NCBI GenBank assembly: GCA_000970895.1
Contig: JYHA01000087.1
Span: 1-47,220, forward strand
Origin: Candidatus Arcanibacter lacustris
GTDB lineage: Bacteria; Pseudomonadota; Alphaproteobacteria; Rickettsiales; Arcanibacteraceae
Length of the DNA: 47,220 bases
Direction of reading: 5' to 3'
Shown here: positions 8,118 to 16,712 of the stretch, in pieces
How the letters are laid out: each line of letters opens with the position of its first letter
Position numbering within the stretch: position 1 is the first letter of the stretch
Notes under the pieces: generated by a model
Told to the model about the DNA's origin: nothing
The model's input: only the letters and a program-made list of their open reading frames with translations
Database searches by the model: none
Translations under genes and position numbers: made by a program

Positions 8118-8765
8118 CTATTGGTTGAATAAATCATCTATTTGACTTTGCGATGGAGCATCAATTTGTGGTCCTGTAAGCAAATCAGAATCTTTTATTA
8201 CATTAGTATGAACATTTTTTGAATCAATAGGGGCTGCTGCTACTTTTGGTTTGTTCTTAGTAAATGATTTGATTAAAACAGAAATAGTGCCATCAATTTC
8301 TTCAAGTACTTTCAAAGTTTTAGCAATTCTTTGACCTGTTACGTCTTGGAAATTACATGCTTCAAATATCTCTGTCACTTTATCCACTATGATTTGAGAA
8401 GATTCTTTATCAGCCATTTTCAAAGCTGTGTTTTGAATCACTTCAGCAGCATCTAAAATAATATTTGTTGATTGTTCTGTTGCGCGAGTTACTGCATTTA
8501 ATTCTAGCGCAGCACCTGGTATAAAGGTATCGCCAATAGAATTAGGATCTAATTCTACAACTTCTTGTTTTACTTTTTTAATCTGTTCAGCAATTTTCTC
8601 AATTTCATTAAATATTAAAATATCACTTTGAGAAGATATGTGACCTTTGATAGTATCCATAAATCCAGCTATTAATGAGTCAACATCGCTAAGCTCGATT
8701 TTACCATTATTGCTAATTCTTATTTCTTCTAACCTGTCGAATAAAATCTTACCTAAATCATTCAT
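8118..8765 (-). CDS. cheZ: CheY-P phosphatase CheZ
   Basis: Active-site motif ACNFQDVTGQRI (CheZ D-x-x-x-Q in FQDLTGQ). The C-terminal acidic/amphipathic peptide SQSQIDDLFNQ resembles the CheY-binding tail. GGAGAG RBS upstream. Confidence 0.75.
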   Translation of the reverse strand: MNDLGKILFDRLEEIRISNNGKIELSDVDSLIAGFMDTIKGHISSQSDILIFNEIEKIAEQIKKVKQEVVELDPNSIGDTFIPGAALELNAVTRATEQSTNIILDAAEVIQNTALKMADKESSQIIVDKVTEIFEACNFQDVTGQRIAKTLKVLEEIDGTISVLIKSFTKNKPKVAAAPIDSKNVHTNVIKDSDLLTGPQIDAPSQSQIDDLFNQ

Positions 8766-8786
8766 CGCTTCTCTCCAATATTATTA

Positions 8787-9173
8787 TTAAAATGCTCCGA
8801 GCACTGATACAAGCTTTGTTTTTAAAGTCTCTGCATTAAATGGTTTTACAATGTAGTTATTTACACCAGCGGCTTTAGCAGCGACTACATTTTCTGTTTT
8901 ACTCTCAGCGGTTATCAAAATAAAAGGTAAGTTTTTAAAATCAGGATCTGCTCTAACGCTTTTTAATAAATCATACCCTGTCATTTGATCCATATTCCAA
9001 TCAGAAATAATTAAATCAAACTTTTTCTCTTTTAATTTGGTTAAGGCTATCGCTCCACTCGTAGCCTCTTCAACATTATTAAAACCAAGTTGCGAAAGAA
9101 GATTTTTAATAATTCTCAACATAGTTTTATAATCATCAACGATCAGTATGTTCATGTTCATGTCAACGGCCAT
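8787..9173 (-). CDS. cheY: Chemotaxis response regulator CheY (single receiver domain)
   Basis: ILIVDDYKTM (acidic pocket), LIISDWNMDQMTG (phospho-Asp with the CheY-typical W-N-M-P/D context), ITAESK and YIVKPF. GGAG RBS 9 nt upstream. Confidence 0.9.
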   Translation of the reverse strand: MAVDMNMNILIVDDYKTMLRIIKNLLSQLGFNNVEEATSGAIALTKLKEKKFDLIISDWNMDQMTGYDLLKSVRADPDFKNLPFILITAESKTENVVAAKAAGVNNYIVKPFNAETLKTKLVSVLGAF

Positions 9174-9307
9174 AATTCAAGCTCCGAAATAATATAATAT
9201 TGTCAATGTTTAAGCTTTCTAAAAACTAATCACTATTCTAAAATCATAATTCAATATTGTTAATTTTTAATTAAGATACAAAGACATCGCAAGTGATAAT
9301 AAGAAAT

Positions 9308-9778
9308 TTAATTCTTATTGATAACTTCATCGCCCCATAACTCAACCATATCCTTCATTTCTTGTTCTATTTGCACTAGTTTGTGCGCTGACTTGATTTT
9401 AAAAAGGTGTGAAGTAATTTTAGGTAATAACAATAGCATCATACAACCAATAGAAGTTGTTCCATAGATTGAAATCCATACAAAGGGATTAATAATAAAG
9501 GTTTGTGACATCTCATTTATACCTCCGCTTCTCCATAAGGTGAATATATAAGGTGATACTCCCATTAAATTGAAAGCGCAGATAGTACTAGATGCAGATT
9601 TATTTAGTCTTTTATCTATAGCGAACGAAGCAAGGCTTGGTAAGATAGCAATGATAAAAAAGGTAAATGCATAACGTGATATAAGTAAAATAGCGAAACT
9701 AATAATAACTATTAGTAGCCTGATACTATACATCAAAACTTTCGCGCCACTTTTTTTATTAGGTATATTATTAGCCAT
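9308..9778 (-). CDS. Hypothetical integral membrane protein (about 4 TM segments)
   Basis: Long ORF with four hydrophobic stretches and a charged C-terminal tail. It starts 24 nt downstream of the kinase-fold gene. No family recognised. Confidence 0.5.
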   Translation of the reverse strand: MANNIPNKKSGAKVLMYSIRLLIVIISFAILLISRYAFTFFIIAILPSLASFAIDKRLNKSASSTICAFNLMGVSPYIFTLWRSGGINEMSQTFIINPFVWISIYGTTSIGCMMLLLLPKITSHLFKIKSAHKLVQIEQEMKDMVELWGDEVINKN

Positions 9779-9802
9779 TATATATCAACATATTACAAGG
9801 TG

Positions 9803-11872
9803 TTACTTAGTAAGCAGGTAAATAAGCATAATTGAATAAAATAAATATGATACTATCACGCATATTTTTAAACCATACCGATAACCTAGCTCGTCCATTT
9901 TAGCGCCGTCAAACAACTGTTGTTTAGTAAAAAATAACTTTCTATATAGTTTTTTTGCACGATCAAATTCATTTAAATCTTTTTGAAATATACTAGGGTC
10001 GGTAACTACAGATAATAAATTAGTCAAGGTGCTTTTTTGTGACAAATCTGTGATTCTTTCAATTAATTCGGCTCTGGTAGATTTATTACGAATTTGCAGT
10101 ATAACTGGGTCTAAATTAACAATACAAGCCTTGGCCAAATGTTTTAAGACCTTAGTCCCAGTAGTTTTTTGAGCTACAGCTAAAATAGCTAATGATATTA
10201 ATTCTTTCCTTCTTGCTAGCAATGGAAATCTAGCGAGGCTTGGCAATGTCATCTCTTTGTTTATATGTAATTTAGCCAATATAAAAGCAGAGATATGGCG
10301 ATCCATAATTTTATTATTGCCTAAAGATGCCTGAACATCTAGCTCTTGTAAAATCTGATTCACTGTGAAAACCATTTTATCCTTAAAAATTTCGCTCTGA
10401 CATGGAGCATTAGGATTTAATTCATATAAGCATCGTTCCATCCCAAATCCCGCAACGTCTTTATCAAAAAATTCCCTAAGCCTATCCATGATATCATAAA
10501 GCTTATTGTTTAAATTTATCCTTCTATCAAGTGATTTTATTACAAAAAATCTCCAGTAACATCCTTTAAGGATAGTTTTAGCATTCTCTAAATATTCTTT
10601 TTTATTTCTAGCAAAGCCATAAAGAATAAGCAAAGGCATGCTTTCTATAGACATTGAAAAATCCTTAACTCTAAGAGGGCCTGTCGGGTCTAGAGTTGCT
10701 AAATATCTGACTAATAATTCCTCTTGTCCTACTAGTACGGAATTGGTGGATTCGTAGCGACCTATATTGCTGATACGTTCTAATTTTTCAGCAACATCGG
10801 CGTTTCCAATAGCGCGCTCAATCCATCCAACGATCTTATCTTCTAAAATAAATTTTTTAGCTAAGGACCAACTTTTTTGCAAGCCATGAGCAAGATAATG
10901 GCAAGTATAATAATCTTTATCATTAAAGGACAATGATCTTGTTGCTTCGTTAAACATACGAACCACATTCAAAGCTGTAATTTGATTATTATACCACTCA
11001 TAAATCTGTTTGGATCTCCATCGATCTGTCACGATATCATTAAGCAATCCTTTTAAAAGCACTTTTGCTTCATTGGATATTTTCTTAGAGCTGGTTAGAG
11101 CAGTATAAGACCCTTGCTCCATTTTTGATTGTAATAACATTTCTAAGCTATATGATGCTGAGTTATAGTTGCCACTAAGCATCATATAGCAAACTACGCC
11201 TAGGGCGTAGTAATCTGCAACAACATTAGTTGTTCCTCTTGTGATTGGTAGGCAGTCTATAATTTCAAGAGGACAATATACTGTTTTTTGTGAAAAGAAT
11301 GGAGCATCAGAAAAGCATTCTCCAACCATTACAATGTTGTTGGTTGGGTTAATAAATATATTTTCTATATTTATTCTACCATGAGCAGCTCCAATTGCTT
11401 CAAAATTTTGTAAGATCTTAACTACAGGCAATAATATATTTTTTTTAAAAAAACTTAAAGAACAAGGGCCATTAATATCTATATATTCCTTTAGGTTGAT
11501 ACCAGTAGGGTATTCCATGATAGCTACATAATGCTCTTTATTATCAAGAGAAAAATTTGTTACTTCAGCTTCTATTGGTATTACTAAGCGCTCAATAGCA
11601 TTGGTTTTAAAATAATCAATCAAACTTATTCTTGGATTGATATGAGAATCAAACACTAATCCATAGAGCAGCCTATCATCTATTTCGCTTAAATTGATGC
11701 AATTATATGCTTTGGCAAAAGCGCCCCCAAAGGATGTTAGAGGAGCGTCTGGATCTATTTTGTAACGACCAGCTATAAGGTCAATATCATTGTTAATGAT
11801 AATATCTACTATGCTCTCGTGAGTAATAGCATTTTCAACTTTACTAGGATCTGCTGAATCAATACTGGTCAT
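9803..11872 (-). CDS. C-terminally membrane-anchored protein with an N-terminal Ser/Thr-kinase-like fold lacking catalytic residues (pseudokinase)
   Basis: Hanks-type subdomains are recognisable: GRYKIDPDAPLTSFGGAFAKAY (I), HYVAIMEYPTGINLKEYI (V), AHGRINIENIFI in place of HRDLKPENI (VIb), VMVGECFS in place of DFG (VII), VADYYALGVVCYMMLSG (IX) and DRWRS (XI). Terminal TM segment GLKICVIVSYLFYSIMLIYLL. Confidence 0.6.
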   Translation of the reverse strand: MTSIDSADPSKVENAITHESIVDIIINNDIDLIAGRYKIDPDAPLTSFGGAFAKAYNCINLSEIDDRLLYGLVFDSHINPRISLIDYFKTNAIERLVIPIEAEVTNFSLDNKEHYVAIMEYPTGINLKEYIDINGPCSLSFFKKNILLPVVKILQNFEAIGAAHGRINIENIFINPTNNIVMVGECFSDAPFFSQKTVYCPLEIIDCLPITRGTTNVVADYYALGVVCYMMLSGNYNSASYSLEMLLQSKMEQGSYTALTSSKKISNEAKVLLKGLLNDIVTDRWRSKQIYEWYNNQITALNVVRMFNEATRSLSFNDKDYYTCHYLAHGLQKSWSLAKKFILEDKIVGWIERAIGNADVAEKLERISNIGRYESTNSVLVGQEELLVRYLATLDPTGPLRVKDFSMSIESMPLLILYGFARNKKEYLENAKTILKGCYWRFFVIKSLDRRINLNNKLYDIMDRLREFFDKDVAGFGMERCLYELNPNAPCQSEIFKDKMVFTVNQILQELDVQASLGNNKIMDRHISAFILAKLHINKEMTLPSLARFPLLARRKELISLAILAVAQKTTGTKVLKHLAKACIVNLDPVILQIRNKSTRAELIERITDLSQKSTLTNLLSVVTDPSIFQKDLNEFDRAKKLYRKLFFTKQQLFDGAKMDELGYRYGLKICVIVSYLFYSIMLIYLLTK

Positions 11873-11925
11873 ATTTATAATATACCATCAAAAACCAATT
11901 ACAAACTATCTATGGCGATGGTAAA

Positions 11926-11958
11926 GCAAATATATTAATATATTATTAATATATTTGC
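11926..11958. promoter_or_regulatory. 33-bp perfect palindrome in a divergent promoter region (candidate operator)
   Basis: GCAAATATATTAATA-TAT-TATTAATATATTTGC has 15-bp arms with no mismatch. It lies 54 nt upstream of the ATG at 11872 and 113 nt upstream of bamD. Confidence 0.4.
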
Positions 11959-12070
11959 ATGGTGTTTTTTGAAATATTTTTATAAGGAGCTATGCTTTGG
12001 GCGATATTTATATTCTATTTTAATTAGTTTTGTTATATAAAGGAGATTATATACTAATTAATTATAAAAT

Positions 12071-12832
12071 ATGGACTATATGAAAAACTTACTTTCAAAA
12101 CTACTACTATGTTTGGCGATTTTAATTCTTGTCTCTTGTGCTAATAAAAAAGAGGAAGAAGAGCTACCAACCGATCCAAACATATTATTCAATCAAGCAA
12201 GTAACGATTTGAACAAGGGTAGGTATGACTTAGCGGCAGAAAGTTTTGCTAAAATTTATGTGGAACATCCTTATTCCGAATTAGCAACTAAGGCTAAGTT
12301 AATGGAAGCTTATAGTTGGTACGAAAAGCAAGATTTTGATATGACACTTGCTATATTAGATGAGTTTGTAAAGCTTCACCCTGCTTATAAAGATATAGAT
12401 TATGCTTATTATTTAAGGGCGATGTCTTATTACTATCAGATTTCTGATAGTAAGCATGATCAAGAACAAACCTTATTATCTAAAAATGCTATTGGTGAGG
12501 TGATTGCAAGATTTCCAAATAGTAACTATGCAAGAGAGTTGAAATTTAAACTAGACTTAGTAAATGACCATTTAGCTGGCAATGAAATGGAAATTGCTCG
12601 CTTCTATCAAGCTAGAAATGATTTTATAGCTGCAATTAATAGATATGATAAGGTGATAAAAGAATATCAAACCACTAACCATGTAAAAGAAGCATTAGCA
12701 AGATTAGTAGAGTGTTATTTGGCATTGGGAATAGTTGATGAAGCAACTAAATATGCAAGCATTCTAGGCGCTAACTATCCTGCAAGCAGCTGGTATCAAT
12801 ATAGCTATGACTTGCTAAATAAAAACAAATAA
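12071..12832 (+). CDS. bamD: Outer membrane protein assembly factor BamD (ComL/YfiO)
   Basis: Lipoprotein signal LAILILVSC followed by TPR-like repeats (YDLAAESFAKIYVEHPYSELATKAKLMEAYSWY...). Sits immediately upstream of recN, as is common in Alphaproteobacteria. Confidence 0.8.
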   Translation: MDYMKNLLSKLLLCLAILILVSCANKKEEEELPTDPNILFNQASNDLNKGRYDLAAESFAKIYVEHPYSELATKAKLMEAYSWYEKQDFDMTLAILDEFVKLHPAYKDIDYAYYLRAMSYYYQISDSKHDQEQTLLSKNAIGEVIARFPNSNYARELKFKLDLVNDHLAGNEMEIARFYQARNDFIAAINRYDKVIKEYQTTNHVKEALARLVECYLALGIVDEATKYASILGANYPASSWYQYSYDLLNKNK

Positions 12833-14482
12833 ATGCTACTATCATTAAATATTAGAAATTTTCTACTAATTGAGCAGGCCCAGATTAGTTTTGATCAGAA
12901 GCTTTCGGTAATTACTGGGGAGACTGGAGCTGGAAAATCTTTAATTTTGGATAGTTTATTATTTGTCTTGGGTGAAAAGCCACCAAAAATTATCAGAAAT
13001 GAGCAGGCTCAAACGATAGTAACGGCTGAGTTTGATATTAGTAAAAATCTTATTGTACGAGAAAAATTAGTAGAATTATCTATTGAAGTAGAAGATTTGC
13101 TGATTATTAGAAGGGTTATTGAGAAAGATGGTAAAATCAAAAACTATCTTAATGATGTGGGTGTAAGTGCCCCCTTCATAAAAGATATAGCTAATTATTT
13201 GATTGAAATATATTCTCAACATCAGCAGCAATCACTATTATCTTTTGCTTATTATCTAGATATTGTTGATGATTTTGCTAAAACAAAGCCACTGAGATCA
13301 GAATTAAATTCTATTTATCAAGATTATAATGCATCTTCTGCCCATTTAAAAGATATCAAAGAACAATTAACCACTATTGCAAGAGAGCGAGATTATCTCG
13401 AACATGTATTTACTGAGCTTTCCAAGTTAAATGTGTATGAGGGCGAAGAACAAGAGCTAATCGATAAGCGCCTGATACTAATGAATAAGGAAAAATTACT
13501 CGATGTAGTAAATGATAGCTTATCTGAATTAACTAAACATAATGCTGGACTTGCTATTATTAATGCGCAAAAAACTCTAATTAGAAATAATAATTTTTCA
13601 CATGTAAGCTTTGATAAGGCTATTGATTATCTAGAAAAAACTACCATAGAATTAGATGAAGCGACATCTGAGCTTCATAATATCTTAAATTCAATCAATG
13701 ATGAAAATGAACAGCTAGATCAAGTTGAACAGAGATTATTTGCTATTAAGGCAGCCGCTAAAAAACATGGGATTAATGCAGATAATTTTTCTAAATATTT
13801 GAGCGAAATTAAAAATAAATTATCCTCGCTTGATAATCAAGATCAAGAAATTAGCAATGCAGAAGAAAAAGTTATAAAACTCAAATCAGATTATCAGCAA
13901 AAAGCGTCCCAGCTATCTAAGATCAGAGCTGATAATTCTATATTACTAGAGCAGGAAATAACACATGAATTAGTGCAGCTTAAAATGGCTCATATTAAAT
14001 TCAAAATTATCATCGATAGCGATAGGGATTCTATTAAGTTAAATGGTTTTGATAAAATCTCCTTCATGATCAGCCCTAATCCTGGGGTGCCGCTAGCTGA
14101 TTTAGCAAAAATAGCATCAGGTGGTGAATTATCACGCTTTATGTTAGCTGTTTGTGTTGTGCTATCTAGACTTAATCAAGCAACCTCTTTGTTATTTGAT
14201 GAAATCGATACTGGTTTAAGCGGAGCAGTAGCTGATGCGGTAGGTTCTAGGTTATTATTAATTGCACAAAATACTCAAGTTCTAACCATAACTCATCAGC
14301 CTCAAATTGCAAGTAAAGGCAACAGCCATATTAAAGTATTTAAAAGTCAAACAAGTGATGAAACTAATACTAAAGTAATGATGCTAAATTATGAGGAGCG
14401 TATCAGAGAAATTGCCAGCATGATTTCTGGAGAGCAAGTAACAAACGAGGCTATTGAGGCCGCAAAAAAACTAATATCGTAG
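12833..14482 (+). CDS. recN: DNA repair protein RecN
   Basis: Walker A GETGAGKS, long coiled-coil centre, SMC signature ASGGELSRFMLA, Walker B LLFDEIDTGLSG. Confidence 0.92.
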   Translation: MLLSLNIRNFLLIEQAQISFDQKLSVITGETGAGKSLILDSLLFVLGEKPPKIIRNEQAQTIVTAEFDISKNLIVREKLVELSIEVEDLLIIRRVIEKDGKIKNYLNDVGVSAPFIKDIANYLIEIYSQHQQQSLLSFAYYLDIVDDFAKTKPLRSELNSIYQDYNASSAHLKDIKEQLTTIARERDYLEHVFTELSKLNVYEGEEQELIDKRLILMNKEKLLDVVNDSLSELTKHNAGLAIINAQKTLIRNNNFSHVSFDKAIDYLEKTTIELDEATSELHNILNSINDENEQLDQVEQRLFAIKAAAKKHGINADNFSKYLSEIKNKLSSLDNQDQEISNAEEKVIKLKSDYQQKASQLSKIRADNSILLEQEITHELVQLKMAHIKFKIIIDSDRDSIKLNGFDKISFMISPNPGVPLADLAKIASGGELSRFMLAVCVVLSRLNQATSLLFDEIDTGLSGAVADAVGSRLLLIAQNTQVLTITHQPQIASKGNSHIKVFKSQTSDETNTKVMMLNYEERIREIASMISGEQVTNEAIEAAKKLIS

Positions 14483-15052
14483 GTGAAAAAAATTGCTTTA
14501 ACTGGCTCCATTGCCATGGGAAAAACTTTTATTGCAAATATATTCAAGCAATTTTCTGTCGCTGTTTATGATTCAGATTTGGCAGTTAAGGAAATATTTG
14601 AACAACAACCAGAATTAATCGCAAAATTATTTCCAGAATGTTATGTAGATGGTAAAATCGATAAAAATATCTTGAGCCAAATAATCTTTAACGATCCTCA
14701 GAAACGCAAAAAATTAGAATCTATCCTTCATCCTTTAGTTGCTAAAAAACGTGAAATATTTATCAGAAGAGAAAAATACAAAAGAACTAAAATATTAGTC
14801 TGCGATATAGCATTATTATTTGAAAAAAACTATCAAAGATATTTTGACCAGGTGGTGGTTGCTTCTGCTCCGAAATTTATGCAAAATAAAAGAGCTATGG
14901 CTAGAAAATTTATGACTCAAGATAGGTTATCATCAATATTAAAATTACAAATGCCTGATCATAAAAAAAGAATCAAAGCAGATAAGGTTGTTTATACAGG
15001 TGGTAATAGAGGATCAGTATATCGCCAAATAAAATCCTTGCTATATAGCTAG
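14483..15052 (+). CDS. coaE: Dephospho-CoA kinase
   Basis: GTG start abutting the recN stop. P-loop LTGSIAMGKT, then VYDSDLAVKEI. Length and layout fit CoaE. Confidence 0.75.
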   Translation: MKKIALTGSIAMGKTFIANIFKQFSVAVYDSDLAVKEIFEQQPELIAKLFPECYVDGKIDKNILSQIIFNDPQKRKKLESILHPLVAKKREIFIRREKYKRTKILVCDIALLFEKNYQRYFDQVVVASAPKFMQNKRAMARKFMTQDRLSSILKLQMPDHKKRIKADKVVYTGGNRGSVYRQIKSLLYS

Positions 15053-16177
15053 AGCCCTTACTAATCCCAATAATCTGGACTCATTTGCCCAATTAAGATC
15101 ATTGAAGATGGAGGTGAGTAACTCATCTGATTGTAGATGATCATATAATCTTGAAATAGAATGTATCACCTTTACTTCGTCAGATTTGTTGTGGCAAGCA
15201 AGAGCAAGTCTTATAGTTACGAATTTTAAAGAAATAATTGAGATTTTATTATATAAGCTAGCACCAAGACCTGCAAATGGAAATAAATTAGAGGCGATTT
15301 GAGCATATAAATATTTTCTTAAAGCCCCTTCTCCAAGAGAATCATTCATTAACTTCCCATATAATTCAATGCTATTTGGACCATATTGGATAGTTAGATT
15401 TTTTTGGTCAATGGTAATTTCAAGAGATTCTGCAATTGTTGCTAATACTTCATTTAAAATATTATTATTTAATTTAGATGAGTGAATAACTAGCATTAGA
15501 GCATTGATAATATTAAAAGGATCATTAGCTTCTATTTTTGCTGGAATGATACGAGTAGATGCAGTTTCAAGTAAGAATGGAACTGCATCTATCCAAGATG
15601 ATTTGGCAATTGAATCTAAAGATTTAGACACTGTGATTATTTCTGATAATAAACTAACGCTATCTTTATCCTGACTTTGTAAAATATGTTCTATAAAATA
15701 ATTATGAATTAAAAGGGCTGCATCTTCTGTTAATTCTGCCGGTAGGTAATCTTTACAAACAATAGGAATGCGTGCTATATCTGTATCTTCTAGTTCATAA
15801 CCTGCTTCATTTTCAAGCAATATACGAGTTACTTCAGGGCAGGAAAGAGTAGCGCTCATGATATTTTGATTGCCTAGTTTTCTAACAATTCGAGGGTAAA
15901 AATAACAAGCATCTCCTAGAAAATTTTCACCATATTTAGCATGTACGCCACATCTACCGGATTCAAGCTTAACGCAGTAATTATTTGCATCATGCTTCAT
16001 TACATACTGATTGTCTTTTTTAGTTATGGAATCTGATAATAGGGGATCTTTTAAGTAATTATTAGCGCGAGTTACATCGAGTTGCATCTGCCAATTTTGA
16101 CAACAATTATTTGAGCATTCAGCTCCAATGCATTTAAATGAGGTTACTATCTTACTTTGTTTTATTTTGTAAGTCAT
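15041..16177 (-). CDS. fliB: Flagellin lysine-N-methylase FliB-like (Cys-rich)
   Basis: VTSFKCIGAECSNNCCQNWQMQLD, CVKLESGRCGVHAKYGENFLGDACYFYPR and SATLSCPEVTRILL parallel the Salmonella FliB cysteine motifs as I recall them. It is the last gene of the flagellar block. Confidence 0.65.
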   Translation of the reverse strand: MTYKIKQSKIVTSFKCIGAECSNNCCQNWQMQLDVTRANNYLKDPLLSDSITKKDNQYVMKHDANNYCVKLESGRCGVHAKYGENFLGDACYFYPRIVRKLGNQNIMSATLSCPEVTRILLENEAGYELEDTDIARIPIVCKDYLPAELTEDAALLIHNYFIEHILQSQDKDSVSLLSEIITVSKSLDSIAKSSWIDAVPFLLETASTRIIPAKIEANDPFNIINALMLVIHSSKLNNNILNEVLATIAESLEITIDQKNLTIQYGPNSIELYGKLMNDSLGEGALRKYLYAQIASNLFPFAGLGASLYNKISIISLKFVTIRLALACHNKSDEVKVIHSISRLYDHLQSDELLTSIFNDLNWANESRLLGLVRALAI

Positions 16178-16185
16178 TGCTTGAT

Positions 16186-16701
16186 TTAAGTTATTATATG
16201 TTGAGTTTTATATATATCATTATAAAACACATGTTGAACTCCCGTAAAATTAAGACTATCAATTATCAGGGGAGCTTTCATATTTACTGATATTTGAGAA
16301 AATTTATTACCTTCTTCGTCGATTTTTTGGTGCACTGAGGTGATCAATAATATTGATACATTTTCCTTTTCTATATTTAGATAATTAATTGCCTCCAGTA
16401 AATCCACCTCATTAATATAATGAGATGCCTCTTCAATGGAGCCTAGGGGCAAAATAATAAAGGACAGATTATCATCTTCTGTCGATTGCAATACTTTAAA
16501 ATTACCGTAAGTATTTTGAGGAAAATTAGCCAAACAAAAACTCATCTTATCAACCATGCCAAGTAATCCATTATTGAATAAGATGGTTTTGCTTAAATCA
16601 ATTTTGATCAAACCAAATCTACTCATAATTTGTTTTTTATCATTTTCTTCGCAAGCTATGATACGATCAATAACTATGTCAGCAGAGATTATATTTCGCA
16701 T
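16186..16701 (-). CDS. fliW: Flagellar assembly factor FliW
   Basis: ILFNNGLLGMVDKMSF, FKVLQSTEDDNLSFIILP and NMKAPLIIDSLNFTGVQHVF...Y match the FliW pattern (F-x-x-G-L-x-G, LQS-x-x-D, NL-x-APLIIN). AGGAG RBS upstream. Confidence 0.75.
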   Translation of the reverse strand: MRNIISADIVIDRIIACEENDKKQIMSRFGLIKIDLSKTILFNNGLLGMVDKMSFCLANFPQNTYGNFKVLQSTEDDNLSFIILPLGSIEEASHYINEVDLLEAINYLNIEKENVSILLITSVHQKIDEEGNKFSQISVNMKAPLIIDSLNFTGVQHVFYNDIYKTQHIIT

Positions 16702-16712
16702 AAATTCTCCTT

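Noticed and set aside
16178-16712. Search for a small csrA gene flanking fliW
   Set aside because: The spacers on either side of fliW are only 8 and 11 nt, and no 60-80-codon ORF with a CsrA-like pattern (…LTRK.GE.I.IG…) appears in any frame nearby.
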